Below, piece after piece: positions 1 to 12,563 of a DNA stretch of 64,000 nt (position 1 is its first letter; the number at the start of each line of letters is the position of its first letter). The stretch covers positions 18,602,001-18,666,000 of the forward strand of contig NC_086097.1 of assembly GCF_963921235.1 (NCBI RefSeq). Reading direction: 5' to 3'. Below the pieces are notes generated by a model. The model had not been told where the DNA came from and did no database searches. It was given only the letters and a program-made list of their open reading frames with translations. The stretch is from Mobula hypostoma. Lineage: Eukaryota. The translations under genes and the position numbers were made by a program.

Positions 1-109
1 CTCTCTTCTCATTAATTCCATCATGGAGGAGGTAGAGCAGCCAGAAGACCCATATTCAACATTTTAGGAACATGTGATTAATAATGAATCTGAATCTAAA
101 GTTTCAGTG

Positions 110-630
110 TGGGACATTATTAAAGGCCTTCTATAAATTCAAATCCATCACTATCATTAGGTTTCTGCTTCTACTTGTCAAAGAACTCCAGTAGATTAAT
201 CAATTCTGATGTTCCTTTCATAAATGTATACTGGCTTTGATCAATGCTGATATTCTTTTCTTGGCGTCCTGTTATTACATCCTTCATTCGAAATTTCAGT
301 GTTCCCCTGTTGCCTGTGCTACAGTAACAAATTGATAGTTCCATTTTCTCTCTTGTGTCCATCTAAAGGCATTTCCTGAATTCTTTAACCCATAGCAATA
401 GTTCTGGAATCGATAGAATTTCAGAAGGTGATATCCAGAGTGCTTACTACTTCCATAGAAATCCCTTTCAAGGATCTTCAGATCATTAGGATTTATCATC
501 TTTTAGACTCACCAACCTCTTTCATGCTAAGACTTTTTTCCTTCAGTTCCTCATTCTTGCCAGTCCCTTGGTTCTCTGGTATTCTTGGTAGGCTTTTGTT
601 TTTAAATTCTGCTTCTATGAAAACAGAAAG
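110..630 (-). mobile_element. Degraded CR1 LINE ORF2 (RT region) fragment
   Basis: Minus-strand peptide 'SQYTFMKGTSELINLLEFFDK' resembles the CR1 RT motif QHGFMKGRSCLTNLLEFF; frameshifted. Confidence 0.7.
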
Positions 631-654
631 TTATGTGGAATTTTTTCATTCCAG

Positions 655-860
655 GACAGAAGAAACTGCAGATGCCGGGACCTGGAGCAACACAAAAAGC
701 TCTGGAGGTACTCAACGGGTCAGGTAGCATCCGTGGAGGAAAATGGAGAGTTGACATTTTACATTGAAACGTCTCAGGTTCAGATGAAAGGTCTTGACCC
801 TAAATGTCGACTGTCTCTTTACTCCAGAGATGCTGCTGAGTTCCTCCGGTGTCTATTGTA
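655..860. mobile_element. Head-to-head inverted pair of Penelope-derived terminal repeats with degenerate hammerhead cores
   Basis: The left half is the reverse complement of the right-half consensus 'ctgatgaagggtct..cc.gaaacgtcgactgt...agatgctgc...ctgagttcctccag', also seen at 36086 and 54650. Confidence 0.7.
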
Positions 861-894
861 GATATTTAATTTCTTTGCCATTTTGTTATTTTTC

Positions 895-1980
895 AGAATC
901 AGGTTTATTATCACTGACCTATGTTGATTTGCTGCAGCAGTGCAGTGCAAGGCATAAAAATTACATAAAAAAACAAATAAATAGTCCAAAAGAGGTGGAG
1001 CAAAGCTGTGTTCATGGGTTCTTAGACCGTTCAGAAATCTGATGGCAGAGGGGAAGAAGCTGTTCCTAAGATGTTGAATATGGGTCTTCAGGCTCCTCTA
1101 CCTCCTCCATGATGGTATCAAAGAGAAGAGAGCATGAGTCGGATGGTGAGAGTCCTTCATGATGGATGCCACCTTTCTGGCGCACCACCCGTTGATGCCC
1201 TTAATGTTTCGATTAGATTAGATTAGATTAGATTATGAGGACACTCAGTCCTCGTTTATTGTCATTTCTTAATACATGCATGCATTAAGAAATGATACAA
1301 TGTTCCTCCAGGGTGATATCACAAAAAAAAAGGACAAACCAAAGACTAACACTGACAAGACCACATAATTATAATATATAGTTACAGCACTGCAAAGCAA
1401 TACCATAATTTGGTAAGGAGCAGACCATGGGAATGGTAAAAAAAGTCTCAAAGTTCCGATTGACTCCCGATAGTAGGCGACAGAAGGGAGAAACTCTCTC
1501 TGCCATAAACCTCCAGGCACCGACAACTGTTGATGCATTGGAAGCACCTGACCACAGCCAACCCTGAATCTGTCCGAAAACATCGAGCCTCCGACCAGCC
1601 CTTCGACACCGGGCACCGAGCACCATCTCTGCCGAGCGCCTCGATCTCATCCCGGCCGCCGAGCAACAAGCAAAGCCAAGGATTCGGGGCCTTCCCCTCT
1701 GGAGATTCCGGATCACACAGTAACAGCAGCAGCGAAAAAGGCATTTCAGAAATTTCTCCAGATGTTCCTCCGTTCTCTCACGTCTGTCTCCATCAAATCA
1801 GGATTGTGCACGGCACCCTACCTGACAGATTACAGATATTGGAAAGTGTTGTGTCTGTGATGGAGCTGTTTGAGTCTACAACCATCTGCAAACTCTTTCA
1901 ATCTTGCACATTGGAGCCTCTGTGCCAGGCGAAGATGCAACCAGTCAGAATGCTCTGTAGAAATTTTGGTGACATCCCTA
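895..1980 (-). mobile_element. Rex/Babar LINE 3' fragment interrupted by the element at 1211-1838
   Basis: 'ggggaagaagctgttcct...cttcaggctcctctacctcctcc' is the antisense of the Rex C-terminal 'SGRRYRSL..T.R..NSFFP'; the host resumes near 1840. Confidence 0.7.
1211..1838 (-). mobile_element. Non-autonomous retroposon family A, 5'-truncated copy
   Basis: High similarity to 15448-16120 and 25587-26276; (ATCTA)n tail and GAGGAC-N5-GTCCTC stem-loop at 1237-1253. Confidence 0.8.
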
Positions 1981-1984
1981 TCAT

Positions 1985-2520
1985 AGATTCACCCATCTCT
2001 GTGTATAAGTAACCCATATTTGATACTCTTTCTTTATCTACTTACTTATGGAAGCTCTTACAATCCATTTTTAGGTATCTTGTCATTTCACACCCACTGA
2101 CTGTCTTCCTTTATCAATTTCTTTGTCCTTCTTTGTTGAATTGTGTAATCCTCCCAATCCTCGGGGCTAATGTTATTTATGACAACTTTATAAATCTCTC
2201 TCTTGGATTTAATACAGCCTTTAATTTCACCTGTCAGCCATGGATGGACCATTTTCCCTGTTTGGTTTCTATGTTTCTTTCTACAAATTATGCACTTTTT
2301 ATTGCTAGGCATTGCTTAGGCACTGCCAGACATTTCATATTTTTTTCCATTCTTCCACAGTCAATTCACCTTCATACCTTCATAGCTTCTTATATTTAGA
2401 TTTAAGACCCAGTTTTAGATAGAACCACATTACATGCAAACTCAATGTGAAATTCTGTTATATTATGCTATATGCCTTAAAGGCCCTGTTACAACAAGGT
2501 TACTAATTAACCCTTTCTAA
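1985..2520 (-). mobile_element. Degraded CR1 ORF2 fragment (EN-RT linker)
   Basis: 'HPWLTGEIKGCIKSKREIYK...SPEDWEDYTIQQRRTKKLI' matches the intact CR1 ORF at 44377-45711. Confidence 0.8.
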
Positions 2521-3384
2521 TTGCATCTTTTGCAGCATTTTCTGCAGCAATCCTGCTTATTTGGAATTCTGTCTGAATCTTCGGCAAAGCCACCTTCATC
2601 CAGTTTCCCCAGATCTAACTCTACTGCCCAACACAAGCTAATGGACAATACAGTATACACATTACAATTTATGCAATGCGACTTCGTTCCACAGATCCAT
2701 CTCATTATCATGCATGAAATGATTGCTTCCTGGCACTGCTTCTTCCATTCAGAGCAGTATGCAGCCTGTACTCCCACTAAAATAAATAGGATGGTCCCAA
2801 AATGTGCTCTAGTAATTGGCCAGCAGAGAATTCCTAAATTGCGCACATTTGTATTGTCCACAGTGTGAGAGAAGATAATGAGTAGGTGATATATATACAC
2901 AAAACATGCTCAGTGTTTTTATGCCTATGGCTGGAAATCTTAATAACAGTAGCTGACAAAAATTATTCAGTGCAAAATTATACACATGCATTATCATAGC
3001 TGTGAAGTGTGAGATGAATGAACACTGGGTCTTCCAGCAGTAGCATAAATTGTTCTGCACTTGTGTTTCTCCCTTTTATGAGACTGTAATCCTCAGGTTT
3101 ATTGTTTTAGAAGCAGCTGGGGCAGGAAGCATTTCCCTTCCTGGTGAGTTTAAAATATCCCATGTTTTTTTTGAATAGAGAGGAATGGAATGTCACTCCT
3201 GCCCTGAAAGCCTTCAATGCGGACATCAGATCAGCCTTCTAGAAAGTGAACCTGCTGAAAGCCATATCCTCTGATCCTGTATAGATCAGCTTATAGGGGC
3301 ACTTGCAGGTACTTTTAACTTCTCTCTACTGAGGTTCTCATTTGCTTTAGGAGCACCACTGTCATTTCAGTACCCATGAAAAAT

Positions 3385-5345
3385 AATGTAATGGGCTTTA
3401 ATGACCACCACTCTGACATCCATCATCACAAAGTGCTTTGAGAGGTTGGTCTCAACACACATCAACTCCAGCCTCCTCCACAACCTCGGACCACTGTAAT
3501 GCATCTACTATCCAAATTGGTCCTCAGAGGTCACAATCTCCCTTGGTCTAAGCTAATCCTTGGAGCATGTGGGCATTAAAGACATCTATGTTTGAACATA
3601 AGACCACAGACCATAAGACTTAGGAGCAGAATTAGGCTTTGACTGTTGTTTCTTGTCTACAGCTCTGCCGTCAATATTAAGATTCCAATCAAATTCATCC
3701 CCAATCTCCTAGACCTGGACTGAGGGAGCTGAAAGCTTCAAGTTCCTACAAGTGAACATCACCAATAGCCTTTTCTGATCCAAACATGTAGACACCATGG
3801 TCAGGAAAGTGCACCATTACCTCCACTTCTTCATGACGCTGAAGAAATTTGGCATGTCCTCTTAGACCCTCACCAATACTTATTGATGCTACAAAGAAAG
3901 CATCTTATTCAGATAAATACATCACAGTTTTTTTTCTGTTTTTCCAGTGACTACAAGAACCTGCAGAGTTGTGGACACTCTTTGCACGTCACGAAAACCA
4001 ACCTCCTCTCCATGGCCTCTGTCTCTACTTCTTGCTGCCTCAGTAAAGCAGCCAGCATAATCAAAGACCCCAGATGCCTTGCATGTTCTCTCTTCTTTCC
4101 AGTCTAATTAGCCAGAAGATACAGAAGTTTGAAAACATGTACCATCAGGCTCAACTATAGCTACTATCCTGCCTCTATAAGACTTATCAAATAGTCCCTT
4201 AGCACGATATGATGGACTTTGACATTACAATCTACATTGTTTTGACTTTGCACGGTATTGTCTACCCCTGCTGCACTTTTTCTGCAACTGTAACACTTTA
4301 TCATCAGGTAGAAGGTACAGGAGCCTCAGGACTTACATCATGAGGTTCAAGAATAGTTACTATCCCTCAACCTTGAACAAAAGATGATAACTACACTCAT
4401 CTATTGAGATGTTCCCACAACCAATGATCTCACTTTAAGAACTCTTTATCTTGTTGTTTCATGCTCTCACTATTTATTGTTATTTATTTATTTGCATTTG
4501 CACAGTTTGTTGTCTTCTATGTTCTACTTGCTCTTTCATTGATCCTGTTTATAATTAATGTTCTATAGATTTGTTGAATATCCGTGCAGGAAAATGAATC
4601 TCAGGGTGTGTGTGGTGACATATTAGATAAAATTAGATTAGATTAGATTCAACTTTATTGTCATTGTGCCGAGTACAGATACAAAGCCAATGAAATGCAT
4701 TTAGCATCCGACCAGAAATGCAAAGAATAGTGTTATTTGCAAAATAACTGCAATGAAAAGTAAGTGCTACAGCACACAAATATAAAAGTACTGAGACAGT
4801 ACAATACGGATGCAATACTGCTTTGCGCTGTGATGAGAGGTTCAGCAGTGTCACAGCCTCAGGGAAGAAGCTCTTCCTGTGCCTGCTGGTGTGGGAGTGG
4901 AGGCTCCTGTAGCGCCTACCAGATGGGAGGACAGTAAAAGGTCCATGGTTAGGGTGAGATGCATCCATGATAATGCTTTTCGCCTTGCCCAGGCAGCGTT
5001 TATGGTAGATGTTCTTAATGGTGGGCAATTGGGTGCCAATAATCTGCTGGGCAGTTTTCACCACACGCTGGAGTGCTTTGCGATCTGATACGGGCCAATT
5101 GCCATACCACACTGAGATGCAGTTGGTGAGTATGCTCTCAATGGTACAGCGGTAAAAGTCCGTCAGTATCCTGGGACAGAGGTGAGCTTTCTTCATGTTC
5201 CGCAGGAAATAAAGGAAATATGTACTCTGATAATAAGTTTTACTTAGAACTTTGAACTTTATTCTGCATTCTATTACTGTTTTCAAATGTACTATCTCTG
5301 TGATGAAATGATTTATGGGGAAGGCACATAAAACAAGTTTCCCGT
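3385..5345 (+). mobile_element. Degraded Rex/Babar LINE hosting two nested Rex/Babar insertions
   Basis: Rex RT-like text ('ctgacatccatcatcacaaagtgctttgagaggttggtc'); its 3' UTR is split at a 7-bp duplication ACTTTAT (4295-4301 / 5256-5262). Confidence 0.7.
4633..5215 (-). mobile_element. Rex/Babar LINE 3' end (younger)
   Basis: ORF 'LYFLR..KKAHL.PRILTDFYRCTIESILTNCISVWYGN...LPSGRRYRSL...RHRKSFFPEAVTLLN' plus (ATCTA)n tail. Confidence 0.9.
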
Positions 5346-5439
5346 GTGTAGTCGTACTATGAATGTGCCAATGGAATCAGTGAGTAAGTTTACATGAAGG
5401 TACAAACGTGTCTGTGTCTGGGTCATGTCAACATGTCTC

Positions 5440-5700
5440 TGTCCTGCAGTGTGGATGTGTGAGTGTGAGCATACACATCCTCCGTGAATTTGTGTGTAAG
5501 TGTTTGTAAGTGGGTACGGTCATCTCAGTACAGTCATTGACAGAAATGGCACTCAATACGTGCATGTGTGTGCATATATCACCCTGTGTGTGCACATATA
5601 TGTATGCAAATGTACATGTATTAATGCTTGCACATGTACATACTTGTCTGTGTGTGTGTGCGTGTGTGTGTGTGCGCGCGCGTGTGTATGTGTGTACCTG
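5440..5700. repeat. Degenerate TG-rich simple repeat
   Basis: Interrupted (TG)n/(TGCG)n runs, purest at about 5649-5695. Confidence 0.85.
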
Positions 5701-6014
5701 TATTTTGCCTTTCAGTGTTTCCGTCTTCTATTCAAATTCCATTCCCTTGTAAACACATTATAGACCTGACCAAGGCTCTGTACTAGTGCGGCTGCTGCCT
5801 CACTCCTGCTAAGTATTCTCAGCATTCTCTACCTCTGAGAATTTCATCATCTGCACTATTGTTCTCTGTATTTTTATTCAAAGTTGTTTCATATTCGAGC
5901 GCTACCTGATAGAATATCAAACAGCCATGCATTTAAACATAAGTACTTTCACAGGAAACAAGAGTATAATAATAGGGGTCTACCTTTGGAATGTGTAATA
6001 GGTTCTTTTACTTT

Positions 6015-6960
6015 GCTGCTCAGTAAATTAAAAGCAAGGATGTAATGCTGAGGCTTTATAAAGCACTGGGAGGCCTCACTTGGAGTATTGTGAGCAGTTT
6101 TGGGCCCCTTATTTAAGAAAGGGTGTGCTGGCATTGGAGAGGGTTCAAAGAAGGTTCACAAAAACAATTCCAGGATTGAAGGGCTTGTCAGATGAGGAGT
6201 ATTTGATGGCTCTGGGACCACTCACTGGAATTCAGAAGAATGAAGGTGATTTATTGAAACCTACTGAATGTCAAAAGGCCTTGGTAGATTAGATGTGGAG
6301 AGGATGTTTCCTATGGTGAGGGAGTCTAAGACCAAAGCACACAGCCTCAGAGTAGAGGGGCTGCTCAATAAATTCAAGGTAAGGATGTAATGCTGAGGCT
6401 TTCTAAAACATTGGGAATCCTCACTTGGAGTATTATGAGCAGTTTTGGGCCCCTTATCTAAGTAAGGATGTGCTGGCATTGGAGAGGGTTCAAAGGAGGT
6501 TCGTGAAAATGATTCTGGGATTGAAAAACTTGTGATACGAGGAGTGTTTGATGGCTCTGAGACTCTACTCACTAGAGTTCTGAAGAATGAGAGGACACAT
6601 CATTGAAGCCTTGATAAAGTGGATGTGGAGAGGATGTTTCCTATGGTGGGAGAGTCTAAGATCGGAGAACACAGCCTCAGAATAGAGGGGCATCGTAATA
6701 GAATGGAGATGAGGAGGAATTTCTTTAGCCAGACAGTGGCAAATCTGTGGAACTTGTTGCCACAGGCGGCTGTGGAGGCCAAGTCATTGGGCATACTTAA
6801 GGCAGAGGGTGAGAGGCTCTTGATTAGTCAGGGCATGAAGGGATACAGGGAGAAGGTAAGAGATTGAGACTGAGTGTAAAAATGGATCAGCCATGATGAA
6901 ATGGCAGAGCAGATTCGATGGGCCAAAAAGCCTAATTCTGCTCCTATATCTTATGATCTT
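6015..6960 (+). mobile_element. CR1 LINE 3' end with an internal ~345-bp tandem duplication
   Basis: 'EYCEQFWAPYLRKGVLALERVQRRFT' occurs twice; CR1 3' UTR ends in 'ctcctatatcttatgatctta'. Confidence 0.85.
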
Positions 6961-7409
6961 AAGTAACCAGGGTAGAGCCCCTGACCAAGCATCCTTTTCT
7001 GAAAGCATACAACACTCATCCACCAGTGACGCTTGATACTGCATAGCAGTCATTTCTCAATGTCTGCTTAATTCCTAGAGGCTTGTACACAACTAGCAAC
7101 AGCTCTACCATTAAAGCAGTGACTATGTATTTACTTACTTAATATAAATAAAAGAAAATTTATTTCATCAGGTCCATGCTGGCTCTCTAGAGAGAAAGGC
7201 CATCAGCGTCCTTCTCCTCATTTTTACTGTGGACCTTCAGCCCGTTCTGCCTGCACACAGTAACATTGAGGTATCAGTTAACTATATACAGAGAGTAAAC
7301 AATACAGTGCATAACTAACTTTATTTACTGTTTATAATGCTATAAACTCAATGCTACAATGTAAACAACAGTTCTACAGCAAATACCCTGATACACGTAA
7401 ATAAAAATT

Positions 7410-7720
7410 AGCTTTAATTATATCAAAACATTGAAACATACAGTGAAATGCATCATTTGCATCAATGACAATGTACTGACAATGTACTGGGAGCAGTCTG
7501 CAGGTGTTGCAATGCTCCTGGCACCAGTATGACATGCCCAGAATGTACTAGCCCCAGCCTTAACCCTAATATGTACATCTTTGGAATATGGGAACTTGGA
7601 GGAAACTCACTGGGTCATGGGGAGAGCATTCAATCTTCTTATTTACATTGTGGGAAGTGAATCCCACTTGGTGAACATTGACCTGTAAAGAGTTGCATAA
7701 ACCACTATGCCCACGTGCTA
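7410..7720 (-). mobile_element. V-SINE-type tRNA-derived SINE, degraded
   Basis: Antisense of the V-domain core ('tctttggaatatggga...ggaaactcac...catggggagag'). Confidence 0.6.
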
Positions 7721-7809
7721 ATGTGCTGCCCCACTCATTACCCAATATATAGTATCTCCAATAGACTTTACATTCGGCAAAGCCTTCCGGAACAGGTAGA
7801 GGGGCATAA

Positions 7810-8010
7810 TACACTGCCGGTGCTGGAATCTGGAACAAAAAACAGCTGGAGGGATTCAACCTGTCAGGCAGCATTATGGAGGGAAATTAACGATCAATGC
7901 TTTGGGTTGAGAACCTTCGTCAATCTGGATGAGGGGATTCGAACCAAAACGTTTACTGTCCATTTCCCTCTGCCTGACCTGCTGGGTTCCACTAGCCATT
8001 TGATTTTTTT
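7810..8010. mobile_element. Second head-to-head inverted pair of Penelope-derived repeats
   Basis: A reverse copy (7810-7920) is followed by a forward copy 'ctggatgaggggattcgaaccaaaacgtttactgt...gcctgacctgctgggttcc'. Confidence 0.65.
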
Positions 8011-9334
8011 TTGGCTTTGGAGAAGATATACAGTATATTTTCTCCTGTGTAAATTTTACTATACCTGATATGACTCTAGTACTTCACATGCCTTTCTTAA
8101 CAACACAAAGTATTGCAAAAACAAAAATAACAATTTCTGACTCAATTTTTTTTTTGCAATGCTTGCCTTCTCCTAATACTCTGTTCCACATCTCTGCTCT
8201 TGCCTCTGTTACCATCTCTGGTCTTCTCTGTATGGGTGGACTCCAGTGTGTGAAGCTCAGCCCTAATGGTTGTCAGCCTCTCATAACCAACACTAACTCC
8301 AGCTTATAGCGGCTGGTACAGAACTGAGGTAACATCATGCATGGGATCTTTAGATTCATGGCAAAACAATCCCACCTCAGGATATCCAGCTTGTTTAGTT
8401 TGTTTGGCAACTCCACAAACAGACATCTGGTGGACACTGGTCCCTCTTCCGAGACACACATGATCTCTTCCACCACAGCACCACGACCGGATACAAATGA
8501 AATGTCTTCATTACAGCAGCCCAGATCAGGCTTATTACTATACATCTTCATAGTGCAGCATTAATGACTACTGCCCAGTTGCTCTGACACTCAGCATCAC
8601 AAAGTGTTTTGAGAGGTTGGTCAAACACACATCAACTCCAGCCACTCAGACAACCCCAACCCACTGTAATTCATCTCCTGGCCAAATAGGTCCACAATGG
8701 ACACATGCTCTCTAGCCCTAACCTCATCTCTGGAGCAGGTGAGCAGTAGGGACCCCTGTACAGCTGTCACCTTAACACTTGTGTAAACTGTTCCATTTAA
8801 GTCACAGAACCCCCTCCCGAACTTGCTTGCCACTGGAGACTGTGAAAACTCATACTGCTCAAAAATAGCAAGATCACTGTTCCCACCATACCTTACCGTT
8901 GTGCTGCTTATCATGAAATGCCAGTCACTTTAGGCCATCTCTTCCTGGTCTACATTAACTTTCTTGGGGCTGTGCCCACCTTGATGTGACTTCTACAAAT
9001 ACTTCCAATACCAATGTCTTCCGTGCAGGTGCGTCATTGACGCCGTGCTGCAGAGTTGCTGCCCTGAGGAGAAATAAGCCTTCACCAGCAGACCCTCTAA
9101 CAGGCAACACTGCAAGCCCCAGGGTTCTGAAAAACTGACAAAATTGTTATGGGACTTGACAGGGTATATGCTTTGATGATTACCCTGGCAGGTGTATCTG
9201 GAGACAGAGAAGCCTATCTCAAGGTAAGGACATGGCCGTTTAGCACTCAGATGTGGATTGACATCTTCATGCAGTGAATAGAGTGTCCTGTCTCTGTAAT
9301 AATGTCTTTTCCATGTACAATACCTACCTAGATA

Positions 9335-10035
9335 TGGCACGGCAGTTTTGCTGTTAGTGCAATCACATTACAGCATCAGAAATCACAGATCTGGGTCCAA
9401 TTCCTGCCACTGTCTGTTGGAGCTTGTACATTTTCCCTGTGACTGTGTGGGTTTTCTCCAAGTGCTCCTGTTTCATAGAAACATAGAAAACCTACAGCAC
9501 AATACAGGCCCTTTAGCCCACAAAGTTGTGCCAAACATGTCCCTACCTTAGAAATTACTAGGCTTACTCATAGCCCTCTATTTTTCTAAACTCCATGTAC
9601 CTATCCAAAAGTCTCTTAAAAGACCCTATCGTATCCACCTCCACCACTGTTGCCGGCAGCCCATTCCACGCACTCATGTCTCTCTGCATAAAAACTTACC
9701 CCTGACATCTCCTCTGTACCTACTCCCCAGCACCTTAAACCTGTGTCCTCTTGTGGCAACCATTTCAGCCCTGGAAAAAAGCCTCTGACTACCCACAAGA
9801 TCAATGCCTCTCATCATCTTATACACCTCCATCAGGTTTCCTTCCACATTCCAAAGAAATAAAGTTAGGGTTATGGCTTGTGAGTTGTTGGCATGATATG
9901 TTGGTACTGGAAGCTTGGCGACACTTGTGGGTTGCCTCCTGCACGTCCTTGGACTCTGTTAGTCGTAGACACAAAACAATGCATTTAACTGTATGATTCG
10001 GTGTTTTGATGTGCATGTGACCCACAAAGCTATTC
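9335..10035 (+). mobile_element. V-SINE interrupted by a CR1 3' end
   Basis: tRNA-like head, then core 'gtgggttttctccaagtgctcctgtttc' that resumes as 'ggtttccttccacattccaaaga' near 9835. Confidence 0.75.
9474..9833 (-). mobile_element. Young CR1 3' end
   Basis: (TTTCTATG)n tail in antisense; near-identical to 31070-31430 and 24545-24905. Confidence 0.9.
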
Positions 10036-10658
10036 CTTAATTATTTATACAGTATTTACTCTCATCTTCACACACACTAGCAGTCACTAACTTTTCATTT
10101 ACCACGGGCGCCATGGTGGTGTAGCAGCCAGCGCAAAGTTATTACAGCTCAGGGCTTCAGAATTGGGAGTTCAATTCCGGCGCCATCTATAAGGAGTTTA
10201 TACATTCTCCCCATCACCGCATGGGTTTTCTCCATCTGCTCTGGGTTCCTCTCACAGTCCAAAGACATGCCAGTTAGTACAGTGTCTATAAAAAGTATTC
10301 ACCCCACTTGGAAGTTTTCATGTCTTAATGTTTTACAACAATTAATCACAGTGGATTTAATTTGTTTTTTATAAACACTGGTCAAAGGAAAAAGACTTTT
10401 CATGTCGAAGTGAAAATAGATTTCTACAAAGTGATATAAATTAATTAAAAATATAAAACACGAAATAATTGTTTGCATAAATATTCACCCCCTTTAATGT
10501 GATGCACAAAATCATCACTGGTGTAGCCAATTGGTTTTAGAAGTCTGTTCTTGGAGACCTGTGTGCAGTCGAGGTGTTTCGATTGATTGTAGTAAAAATA
10601 CACCTGTATCTGGAAGGTCCAGCTGCTGGTGAGTCAGTATCCTGGCAAAAACTCCACC

Positions 10659-11613
10659 ATGAAGACAAAAGAGCACTCCAAGCATCTCCACAAAAAGGTT
10701 ATTGAAAAGCACAAATCAGGGGAGCATTTCGAAGTCACTGAATATTCCTTGGAGTACAGTTAAGTTAATCATCAAGAAACGGAAAGAATATGGCATAGCT
10801 GTAAATCTGCCTGAAGCAGGCCGTCCTCAGAAACTGAGTGACCGTGTGAGAAGGGGACCAGTGAGGGAGGCCACAAAGAGACCTATGAGAACTCCCGAGG
10901 AGTTACAAGCTTCAGTGGCTGAGATGGGAAGGGCTGCGCACACAACAACTGTTGCCAGGGTGTTTCACCAGTCACAGTTTTGTGGAAGAATGGCAAAGAG
11001 AAAGCCACTGTTTAAAAAAATACTCACATGAAATCTCAGCTAGAGTTTGCTAGAAGGCATGTGGGAGACTCTGAAGTCAACTGGAAGAAGGTTCTATGGT
11101 CTGATGAAACCAAAACTGAACTTTTTCGGCCATTAAACTAAATGCTATGTTTGGCATTAACCAAACACCACACATCATCAAAAACACTACCACTAGCATG
11201 AATCACGATGGTGGCTACATCATGCTATGGGGATGCTTCACTGCAGCAGGCCCTGGAATGCTTTTGAAAGGAGAGAATAAAATGAATGCAGCAAAATACA
11301 GGGAAACCCTGGAGGAAAACCTGATGCAAGGCAATGAACCAAAGCATAAAGCCAAAGATACACAAGAATGGCTTAAAAACAACAAAAGTTAATATCCTAG
11401 AGTGGCCAAGTCAGAGTCTAGACCTCAATCCAATTGAGAATTTGTGGCTGGACTTGAAAAGGGCTGTTCACTCATGATTCCCATGCAATCTGACAGAGCT
11501 TGAGCAGTTTTGTAAAAGAAGAATGGGGAAAAATTGCAATGTCCAGATATGCAAAACTGACAGAGGCCTAGCCACACTGTAATTGCTGAATAAGCTGCAT
11601 CTACTAAATAGTG
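10659..11613 (+). pseudogene. Tc1 transposase pseudogene
   Basis: MKTKEHSK start, 'ISKSLNIPWSTV..IIKK', GRP, 'WSDETK', 'HDGGYIMLWGCF', 'QGNEPKH', '[15 protein letters not shown]'; frameshifts and an internal deletion. Confidence 0.93.
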
Positions 11614-11766
11614 ACTTGCAGGGAGTGAATACTTATGCAATCATTTTGTGTTTTATATTTGTAATTAATTTACATCAGTTTGTAGAGATCTGTTTTCACT
11701 TTGACACGAGAGTCTTTCTGGCGATCTGTGTCAAAAAAACCCGAATTAAATCCACTGAGATTCAAT

Positions 11767-12563
11767 AGTCATAGTCATAGTCATACTTTATTGATCCCAG
11801 GGGAAATTGGTTTTCGTTACAGTTGCACCATAAATAATTAAATAGTAATATGTAAATTATGGCAGGAAATAAGTCCAGGATCAGCCTATTGGCTCAGGGT
11901 GTTTGACCCTCCAAGGGAGGAGTCGTAAAGTTTGATGGTCACAGGCAGGAATGACTTCCTATGACGCTCTGTGTTGCATCTCGGTGGAAAGAGTCTCTGG
12001 CTGAATGTACTCCTGTGCCCAACCAGTTCATTATGTAGTGGATGGGAGACATTGTCCAAGATGGCATGCAACTTGGACAGCATCCTCTTTTCAGACACCA
12101 CCTTCCGAGAGTCCAGTTTCATCCCCACAACATCACTGGCCTTACGAATGAGTTTGTTGATTCTGTTGGTGTCTGCTACCCTCAGCCTGCTGCCCCAGCA
12201 CACAACAGCAAACATGATCGCACTGGCCACCACAGACTCGTAGAACATCCTCAGCATCATCTGGCAGATGTTAAAGGACCTCAGTCTCCTCAGGAAATAG
12301 AGACGGCTCCGACCCTTCTTGTAGACAGCCTCGGTGTTCTTTGACCAGTCCAGTTTATTGTCAATTCATATCCCGGGTATTTGTAATCCTCCACCATGTC
12401 CACACTGAACCCCTGGATGGAAACAGGGGTCACCGGTACCTTAGCTCTCCTCAGGTCTACCACCAGCTCCTTAGTCTTTTTCACATTAAGCTGCAGATAA
12501 TTCTGCTTGCACCATGTGACAAAGTTTCCTACCGTGCAGATAATTCTGCTCACACCATGTGAC
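11767..12563 (-). mobile_element. Rex/Babar LINE 3' end inserted in the right TIR of the Tc1
   Basis: ORFs 'WCKQNYLQLNVKKTKELVVDLRR' and 'MFYESVVASAIMFAVVCWG...RHRKSFLP'; (TATGAC)n tail; CAAT on both sides. Confidence 0.92.

Noticed and set aside
3111..3143. Arrestin assignment for 'KQLGQEAFPFL'
   Set aside because: Only a loose 11-aa resemblance; no other arrestin-like exons seen in the window.
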